Of a stretch of 64,000 nucleotides of DNA, positions 54,450 to 64,000 are shown piece by piece (position 1 is the first letter of the stretch; every line of letters begins with the position of its first letter). A program made the translations under genes and the position numbers. The stretch is from Geosiphon pyriformis uo1 (taxonomy: Eukaryota; Fungi; Glomeromycota): contig JAAOMT010000503.1 in assembly GCA_016748015.1 (NCBI GenBank), positions 211,669-275,668 of the forward strand. Direction: 5' to 3'. The notes under the pieces are model-generated. The model made no database searches, was not told the DNA's origin, and saw only the letters and a program-made list of their open reading frames with translations.

Positions 54450-57400
54450 AAATTTAATTTATTCAATATATTTTTTATTTTTAATATTTAAAAAAACTAT
54501 CTATTTACAATTGTTTTTTTTTCTGAATTTTAAAAATAGTATTACAAATTAATATTTTCAAAGTTTTAAAGAAGTTTAAACCAACTTTTTTACTATATTG
54601 TTTTTTATAATAACATAACATATTTTCAAATACAATTTTATTTTAATATATAAATAGCAAAGACAAAAATTTATTTTTACTTTCTAAATTTTTATTTGTA
54701 TTAGAATTTTTATTATACTTATTGTTAATAAGATTCATAATATTATTTTCTAAGATATAAGTAAATAATAGTTTGAACTTGTTAATATTAATAAAGTATA
54801 TTGTTAACAGCTTATCAATATTAATATATTTAATAAAAATCTGTATTTTTTATAAAAGTTTTTGTTTAATATTTAATAAATAGATTAATATTTGGCTATT
54901 ATTCAAAATTTTTGTATAATATTAACGGTTTTGAATTCTAATTATTGTTATTATTGATTATATATTAATTAAAAAGTCAATTATATTTTTTAATATTATT
55001 GTTAATACTAAAATATTGTTATTATACTAATTAATAAAATAGAAAAAAACAATTTTTAGTATTATGCTTTAAAAAATACAATAATTTTTGTATTTAATAG
55101 TTATAAATAGAATATTGTATTAGATAATAAGTATTTAACCATAATTTTAGATAATATAAAATTTTTTTTACCATAAAAATTGGTATTATTAAGCAATAGC
55201 AAAATTTTTTTTTTTTGTAATACATTTTTTTATTTAATAAATTAAGTTATTTATCAAAGATATCTGCTTACATCTATACTTTTGTATTATAGTAATTAGT
55301 AATTAAAAGTGCATCTATATTAATATTGTAAAAATATTGTGGCTTTATAGCTTTGCCAATAATTAAAAGCTGTAACTTAATACTGTTTGTTATATTATAA
55401 GCAAAAAATATGATAATTTAACTCTTATTATACTTGATATTAGAAATAGATTTTATTGTTAAAATTATATTCAATAGTATTCTAAAAAATAATGCTGTTT
55501 CATCAATATTATAAATATTATTTAGATTATATTTATTAATAATCTTGTGTAGTTACTTTTATTTTTCTAATAAAATTTTCAAGAAAATATTATTTGTTTT
55601 GCTATATATTTTAATATAATACAAATTATACTGTTTTTTAAACTTTTTTAATCAACTATTTAATACTTTAAAGTATATTGTTTTTGGCATAAGATTTTTA
55701 ATTCCTAAGTTTTCCAATCTGAGTTTGTATTTGTCTTAAAAAGTTAATTATTTTTGACAAAAGCCTAATATTAGGATGTATTTATAATTAGAAGTTTAAT
55801 TGGAATAATAATTTCATTAATTGTAAATAAAAAATTGTCAATTTCTTCTACTAAAGTTTTTTTTATACTATTAGCTATAATAATAACTGTTTAGACAGAT
55901 CTGTCAATATTTTGCTATAGCTGTTGTATTAATTAATAGGTAATAATACTTTTAACAAATCTACTATTTAAAATTAACCAAATTGATTTTTCTTCAACTT
56001 TAGTTTTTATATACATAGCTGTAATTGTTTTTTGTTTAGTAATAGCTACATTGCTAAATAAGAATAATAATTTATTGGCTTCAAATTCGAATAAGAAGAT
56101 ATTAAACAGGTTGGTATTTTAGACAATTTTGGCTAGTAGGATAGTATTGCTAAAAAATTTTTGTTTTATTGTTGCAGCTTTACTTTCAAAAAGTGCAGTT
56201 TGCAGAAAATTTGATCCTTCTGGTATTATAAAATAACCAAGTTAAGTATAGTAATATGTAGATTTTTGTTGAATTTAATTTTAGGAAACTAATTGATTAT
56301 TAAGATTAAATCTGTTGTTATTTGTTACAAATTAGTTTTAAAGTACAAATTGGCTTTATTGAACTAATTTTCAGACAGGTATTTGATATTATTAAACTGG
56401 GAGTTATAAATATTGTTGTTGAATAAGTTGTAAAGTAGATTAATAATTGTTCTAATATTAAAATCTTGTTAAATAATAAATTGGTGGTAAAGATTGGTAG
56501 TAAGATTGCTAAGATTAGAAATAATGTTAATTATTTCTTGCTTGTTGGTCTTTTTGTATCTTTCAGTAATTTCAATTTCAGTATTTTAAAATTCCACAAT
56601 AGTAACAGCTTTGAGATTAGTTGTTTAATGATAATAAATAGTTATTTTGATTGCATTTTTAGGATGGTTGATATTTTTGTTGTTGCTATTGTTGTTAATT
56701 AGTAAAATAGTTCTCAACTTTCTTTGCAAGTTGATCAATTTTTTTTTAGCTGCTGAGCTGGTTTTACCAATTGCAAAATTAACAAGTTTAGTGTGATTTG
56801 CTTTTTTTATTGTCATTTTATAGTTTTTTGTATGTTAAATAACTGTAGCTAAGTCAGTTGAAACATGGAAGTAAATTTTTTTAATTAATTTATCTTTTAA
56901 TCCAGTTATAAATTAGTTCAAAATTTAAGCATCAAAATAATACTTATTGATTTTTAATTATCAAATTCATCAAAAAAGTTTGTTAAACTTTTTAAGATAG
57001 GTTATAACAAATTCAGAAAGTTCTTGTTTGATGTTTCAAAATTGGTTCTAGAGAGTAATAGAAGTGTTTTTGTTGGTAAATTGTTCCAAAAAAACATATT
57101 TGAATGCTTGCCAGATTTCAAAGAGAGCATCTAAGTTTTCAAACTATTTGCCTACAGTTTTTAAAAAAAAATAAAAAATAGCTTTAAGCATTCTTGTAAT
57201 ATTCTATCTATTTGTATTTTCTGTTTTTTAGACTTTGTCAAGCTATTTTTATGAACTGATATCAGCATTTTCTTCTGTAAATTCAGTAATTTTTATAATA
57301 TAGATGGTTGCTATGTTTTTTGTATTTTTATTTTTAATAGTTTCTTTTTCTGTAAATTCAGAAATATCTTTATTGTTATGAAAATAATTGATTTGGTTTT

Positions 57401-59031
57401 TTGCTAAAAAATCAAAAAGATTAATACTAGTAAAAATTTGTTTAAGTTGTTATATTAGACTTTTTGGTGATGTAAAATTTTTTGGTCTTAAGAAATAATT
57501 AAATAATAAATTTAGTATTTGTGCTTAAGCAAGTAAAGCTAAAAAAAGTATAATTAAAAGTGTTAATTTAGAACTAGTGTTTTGTTTTGGTGTTTGCAGA
57601 TATTAAAAAATTGTTTTTGGTGTATTAGATATTGTGTAAATTGGTTGCATATTTTTTGTTTGTTTTTTTTGTTTGTTTCAAATTCAGACTTAAATTTAAG
57701 AATAAATTGTAAATTGGAAAAATACTTTTCTTTGCAAAACATAATAATATTATAATCAAGTTTATTAAAATAAATAGCATAACTATCACCACTAATGTTT
57801 TCTGGATTTCTATTTGTAGTGGATGATATTTTTAAGAAAATTTTACTTGATTTCTATAATATTGTAATTTCCAAAATAGTATTTATTGATTTGTTTTTTG
57901 ATATATTGAAAAAATGTTTTTTTAAAGACTGTAATTCTATTTCAAATTTCAAATTGTTGTTTACAGTAAGTGTAAACTGATTAATAATACTCTAAAGTTG
58001 TTATATCTAATATAATTATTACTTTAAAGTTGTTATTGCTGTGTTATTTTTGTAAGAGAACACTAAATATTACTAAAGGTTTCTGATTTCTTTTTTTAAA
58101 TGTTGTTAATATTTGTTTGCTGTAAATTCACATTTTTTGGAAGAGTTAAACCTCCAATAACTGAATTTATTTTCAAATTATCTCCTATAATTTAAACTGC
58201 TGAATTTATAAATAGAATGACCAATTTTATGCCAGTTACTTTATATAATTATGTTGTAGTAAACATTAACTTTTTCCCAAAAATTGCTTATCTAAAAGCT
58301 TATTAAAATGTGTAATTATTTTGTTGTAAAAATCAACTCTTTTACAAGAATTTTGTCTGTAAGCTATCTTAATAATTATTATAAAAAAAATATAAAAAAA
58401 TATAAAAAATATAAAAGAAATAAAATTTTATTAAAGAAATCGTTTTCTGATCCAAACTTAAAGTTACTAATAATTTACTGAAATTGGTAGCTAATCAATT
58501 TCAAAATATTAATTGGGATTTTAGGAAATTTCAAGTATAATTATTTCAAAATTGGTTTTTAAAGTATATATTTTTATTTTGAATTTGTATTGTAAAGTAA
58601 TTCTAAAGAAGGTAAAATATCTATGATAAGATATATTTTCTTGAAAAAAGAAGCTTTTCTTTTATACAACTTGTTATAATACTGGTTTATAAGTTTGAAC
58701 TTTTTTTTTATTATGATTTTAACAAATTAAAAATACATTTTAACAAACTACAAGTTATTTTATCAAACTATTAACTGTTTTAGTAAATTATTTATTATTT
58801 CAATAAATTTCTACAAATTTCAGCAAATTTTTGAATATTATATAGTTTGAAATTTTGTGTAATTTTGATCATCCTAATTTTTATTGTACAAATTGGATTA
58901 TTAATTAAATAATAATATTCAATAATTTGATTATAAGTAATAATTGAAATAATATTAATATATGCTAATTAATAATAAGAATTATAAAGGTAATTTTATG
59001 CTAATTAATAACTAAAATTTTATTGGTAACA
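54450..59031 (-). mobile_element. Ty3/Gypsy copy A (old): 5' LTR 58068-59031, PBS, decayed gag and protease region
   Basis: LTR and gag are the reverse complement of 59418-61355. A protease-like relic lies near 55860-55990. Lower boundary approximate. Confidence 0.8.
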
Positions 59032-59417
59032 ATATTTATAAAAAAATCAAATCTGATTCTAGAATTTTGTGAACTGAGTCAAATTGTCATAAGTATAACA
59101 TCCTAATTTATACATATTAACTAAATTCATAAATAAAACTTCATAAAAGTCTTATATTATAGACTACTAATGACTATGTGCAAATATTTATATGATAAAC
59201 ATTATTGTAGTATTACGAATTAGAGTAACAAGCTAACAGATAGCAAGAGAGAACAGAATTATAAGATAATGAAAAGAATCAAAAAGAATTCAACTTCAAA
59301 GAGCAAATTAAATAAATATGAAATTAATATGTAAGATTAGTTTTATAAAATATCTTAGTTACTATACTTTTCAAAAGATAACTGAGAATCTGAAGGTAGA
59401 GGAATAGTCTATACTGT

Positions 59418-61355
59418 TGTTACCAGTGGAATTTTAGCTATTAATTAGCATAAAATTATCTTCATAATTCCTATTATTAATTAGCATACATTATTAATAA
59501 TTCGATTATCATTTATTATTTAATCAAATTATCAAATATCATTACTCAATCAATAATCCGATTTGTACTTTAGAAATTAAGATAATCAAATTACACAATA
59601 CCCTGAACCATTTAACATAGTCAAAATTCGCCGAAATTAATGAAAATTGGCCGAAATAATCAAATAGTTCAGTGAAATAACTTGTAGTTTGCCGAAATGT
59701 ATCTTTAGTTCACCCAAATTATAGCAAAGAGAAAAGTGCAAGTTCAAAGACTAGTACTACAACAAGTTGTATAAAAGAAGAGCTTCTCTCTTCAAGAAAA
59801 TGTATTTTCTCATAGTATTTCATCATAATATCTTACTTTGGATATCTTAATTAAAACAAATCATCTTTTTACATATTCAAATAAAAATTAAATATTCGAA
59901 AACCAAATCTTTGATTATTACACTTGAAATTCCCCAAAAAACCAACTAACACTTTGAAATTAATTAGCTACCAATTTCAGTAATCTGTTAGCAAATCCAG
60001 GCCTGAATAGAAAACGTTTCCCTTGACATAATTCTATTTCTTTTACATTTCTTTTATTTTATTTTTTTTCTTATCATAATCATTTGGGTAGCCTACAGAC
60101 AAGATCCCTGTAGAAGAGTTGACTTTCACAGCAAAGTAACTACACGTTTTTAGTAAGCTTCCAGACGAACAATTCCTGGGAAAAAGTTGATGTTTACTAC
60201 AACATAACTACATAAAGTAACTGACAAGGAATTGGTCATTCCACTTATAAGCCCAGCAGTTCAAATTATAGGAGATAATTTGAAGATAAATTCAGTTACT
60301 GGAGGTCCAACTACTTCCTGAAAACATGAATTCACAGCAAATTAACATTAACAACATTTAAAAAAAGAGACCAAAAACCTCCAGTAACATTTGGTGCTCT
60401 TCTACAGAAATAACACAGCAATAACAAATTCAAAGTGATGATCACACCAGACACAGCAACTCTAAAGTATTATCAGTCAATTTACATCCACTGCAAGCAA
60501 AGATTCAACATCCCAGATGGAATTAAAGTTGTTAAGAAATTGGTATACCAATACATTGAAAATCACATCAACAATTATCTTTTTAGAAACTACAACATTT
60601 CAGAAGTTAGAAGCAACCTCTACAATAATTTAGTACACTATTTACAATTGAGAACAGAAGACTTGAACAGTAAAACACTTGCTACCTACTTCCAAGAACT
60701 TAATTTTAACATTATTGAGTATTGTAAAGAAAAATACCCAATACAGCCCAAATACTCTCTTGACTTTGAATCAGAAACAGAAACAAGCAACAAAGACAAA
60801 CAAAAAATGAAACAATATTCAAGAACCACTCCAAACACTCCAATACTCCCAAAAACAACTGTCAAACACTTGCAAACACCTGAACAAGGAATCAGTGTCA
60901 AATTACCACTTTCTATTACACCATTTCCAATTTCATTTGTTCAATCACAAACACCAAATTTACCACTCAACTGTTTCTCCAGACCAGAAGATTATCAGTC
61001 ACTTAAAAATCCTACTCAACAGCAGGAACCTATATTAACAAGCACCAATATCATTGAATACTTACAAAAAAACAAAAGTAATCATTCAGAAAACTTGAAA
61101 AGTGAAGAAACTGAATTAGAACAAGAAAAAACTACAGAAAATGAAGAAGAAATGGCAACTGCTTATATTGCAAAAATCCCAAAGTTTACTGGTGAAGATA
61201 ATAATACCAGTCCTTAAGAATGGCTTGATAAAGTCCAGAAAGCAGGAGATGCAAATGGTTGGATTGCATCAAAAATGCTCAAAGCAATTCTATACTTTTT
61301 CTAAGGAACTGCAAAAAAATGGTTTGAAAACTTAGAAGAACTATTTGAAAACTGG
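59418..61355 (+). mobile_element. Ty3/Gypsy copy B: 972 bp 5' LTR (59418-60389), PBS, gag-like ORF interrupted at 61355
   Basis: LTR termini TGTTAC...GTAACA. PBS-like TGGTGCTCTTC at 60392. ORF 60435-61217 continues past a stop into gag-like AKIPKFTGEDNNTSP*EWLDKVQKAGDANGW. Confidence 0.88.
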
Positions 61356-64000
61356 TGTTACCAGAGGTTTTTGGTCTCTTTTCTTAAATGTTGGTAATGT
61401 TGTTTTGCTGTGAATTCACGTTCTCAGGAAGTAGTTGAACCTCCAATAACTGAATTTATCTTCAAATTATCTTCTATAATTTGAACTTGCTGGGCTTATA
61501 AGTGGAATGGCCAATTCCTTGCCAGTTACTTTATGTAGTTATGTTGTAGTAAACATCAATTCTTTCCCAGGAATTGCTCATCTGGAAGCTTACTAAAATA
61601 TATAGTTACTTTGCTGTGAAAGTCAACTCTTCTACAGGAATCTTGTCTGTAGACTATCCTAATGATTGTAATAAGAAAAGAAAAGAAAAATAAAAGAAAT
61701 GTAAAAGAAATAAAATTTTTGTCAAGAGAAACGTTTTCTATCCAGGCCTGGAGTCACTAATAGTTTACTGAAATTGGTAGCTAATCAATTTCAAAACGTT
61801 AGTTGGGTTTTGAGGATTTTCCAAGTGCAATAATTAAAGAATTTGGTTTTTCGAATTATTTGATATTTATTTCTTTTTGTGTGTGTAGGAATGGTTCTAA
61901 GTGATAAATCTAAAGTAAGATACATTTTCCAGAAGAGAAAAGCTCTTCTTTTATACAACTTGTTGTAGTACTAGTCTATGAACTTGCACTTTTTCTCTTT
62001 GCTCAAATTTCGGCAAACTNNNNNNNNNNNNNNNNNNNNNNNNNNNNNNNNNNNNNNNNNNNNNNNNNNNNNNNNNNNNNNNNNNNNNNNNNNNNNNNNN
62101 NNNNNNNNNNNNNNNNNNNNNNNNNNNNNNNNNNNNNNNNNNNNNNNNNNNNNNNNNNNNNNNNNNNNNNNNNNNNNNNNNNNNNNNNNNNNNNNNNNNN
62201 NNNNNNNNNNNNNNNNNNNNNNNNNNNNNNNNNNNNNNNNNNNNNNNNNNNNNNNNNNNNNNNNNNNNNNNNNNNNNNNNNNNNNNNNNNNNNNNNNNNN
62301 NNNNNNNNNNNNNNNNNNNNNNNNNNNNNNNNNNNNNNNNNNNNNNNNNNNNNNNNNNNNNNNNNNNNNNNNNNNNNNNNNNNNNNNNNNNNNNNNNNNN
62401 NNNNNNNNNNNNNNNNNNNNNNNNNNNNNNNNNNNNNNNNNNNNNNNNNNNNNNNNNNNNNNNNNNNNNNNNNNNNNNNNNNNNNNNNNNNNNNNNNNNN
62501 NNNNNNNNNNNNNNNNNNNNNNNNNNNNNNNNNNNNNNNNNNNNNNNNNNNNNNNNNNNNNNNNNNNNNNNNNNNNNNNNNNNNNNNNNNNNNNNNNTTT
62601 CAAGGCTAACATTAATTTTTGGGATATTTGTTGAATATTTCGGGGAATAATCATGATAAAATTGACTAATTATGAAAAGAGAGAATAAAGAAAATTATTT
62701 TTGGATATGGGGTTTTTATTTGTTTTTGGGTTTGGGTGTTTTGTAATTATTTACTATTTTTGTTTTTGTGTTTTTATTAGAAAATTATTGTAAAATTTAA
62801 GTGTTCAAGTTTGGTTGTTGTTCTATTATAATTATTGGTTCTAAATTTCGGGGAATATCTTCAGGATTAATTAAAGGAGAATGTGTACCAATTTGTGGAA
62901 TTAATGGTTCAGGATTGTTTCTGAAATGATAGTGTTTCAATTTGTCTCCATGTGCAACTTTTGCTAATATTTTGTCATCAAGTCTTAACTTATATGATCC
63001 ATTGCCTAGAATTTCGTAAATATAAAATGGTCCATTCTATTTGTTTTCAAATTTCCCACTCCATTGTTTTTTAGCCTTAGTTCTGTGTAAGAGAACTTTA
63101 TTTCCAACTTTAAATTCGTTGGTAATAGGTGGTAATTTGTTGTCATGTCTTTCTTTTTGTTGAGCTTGGGAATGTTCAATATGAGTTGCTGCTATTCTTC
63201 TTTTTCCTTCCAGTGTACTAAGAAGAGTATAGGCTCTTCTTTGGAGTGTCTTTTGAAAGTTTTCTTCATTGATTGGTTGCACTGAGTATGTTTCCACTGT
63301 AAAATTAATTGGTAATGTTGCTGTCCTTCCATAAGTAAGATCAAATGGTGTGTGTTTCATAGTATCTTGTTTTAGTGTCCTGTATGCTAGTAACACTGAT
63401 GGAATAAAGATATTCCATTCCTGCTCAAAGTCTGTTGAGACTTTGGCTAAAGATTCACACAATGTTCTATTGAAACATTCTACAAGTCCATTTGTTTAAG
63501 AGTGATAAGATGATGATAAAGATCTTTTGACATTGAACCGTTCACAAATTTTTTGTATCAAGTTGTTCACAAAATGTGTTCCTTGATCAGATAAGAGTTC
63601 AATTGGGCATCCATGTCTACAGATAATGTTTTCATAGATGAAATTTGCTACTGATTTTGCATCTGCTCTTTGGATGGCTCTAGCTTCAGGCCATTTGGTA
63701 AGATAATCCATTGCAACTGCAATATAATGATTTCCTTGGGTTGTGATAGGTAATGGTCCGACTAAATCAATTCCAACTCTGTCAAAAGGTTGTCCAACTT
63801 TGATTGGATTTAGAGGTTCTGTGGGGTGAGTTCCTCTTCTTCTTTAACAATTATCACAAAATTCTACATATTATTGAATGTCTTTTTGCATGTGAGGCCA
63901 AAAATAATGTTCAAGAGTTCTTTGAATTGTTCCCTCTTTTTCCAAGTGTACTGAAGACGGATCTGTGTGCATGTTGTATAAAATTGTTTTTTTTTTATTC
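61356..64000 (-). mobile_element. Ty3/Gypsy copy C nested in copy B: 3' LTR from 61356 into the gap (N 62020-62597), integrase with premature stops
   Basis: The LTR end TGTTACCAGAGG abuts the gag of B. Minus strand encodes an H2C2 finger, GIDLVGPLP..MDYLTKWPEA..LLSDQGTHF..TNGLVE and GPF-module motifs. Continuity across the gap is assumed. Confidence 0.85.

Noticed and set aside
42300-59000. Possible organellar or endosymbiont (Mollicutes-like) insertion suggested by extreme AT content
   Set aside because: The sequence resolves into decayed LINE and Gypsy homologs, with no bacterial or mitochondrial genes recognisable.
60392-60408. Assigning the PBS to a specific tRNA
   Set aside because: The site is probably mutated and host tRNA sequences are unavailable. 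Only the TGG start and its position are reliable.
61971-62654. Long ORFs across 62.0-62.6 kb
   Set aside because: They span the N gap.

Overview
Eukaryotic (fungal) DNA. A ~27 kb intron-rich gene island with normal CpG content (~15-42 kb) lies between two extremely AT-rich, almost CpG-free blocks of decayed transposons. Gene content and repeat families point to Glomeromycota/Mucoromycota, and the decayed repeats resemble those I associate with Geosiphon pyriformis (inference from recall, not a search result). The island holds a GLI/ZIC-type C2H2 transcription factor with a QA-repeat, uracil phosphoribosyltransferase, a complete White Collar-1 photoreceptor (LOV-PAS-PAS-GATA), a frameshifted member of an expanded nuclease-like family, an NBR1-like autophagy receptor, a mitochondrial CDF metal transporter and EMC6. 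The flanks hold a Sola-like DDE transposase relic, several APE-RT-RNaseH non-LTR (LINE-like) relics and three nested/inverted copies of one Ty3/Gypsy family. Most notable observations: (1) directional, largely non-CpG C>T decay between sibling LTRs, RIP-like, with a ~110 bp LINE tail that escaped it; (2) an NBR1 UBA domain hidden in a last exon reached through a GC-AG intron; (3) a near full-length LINE bracketed by ~100 bp inverted repeats. All exon structures were derived by hand from splice signals and reading frame and are not RNA-validated.
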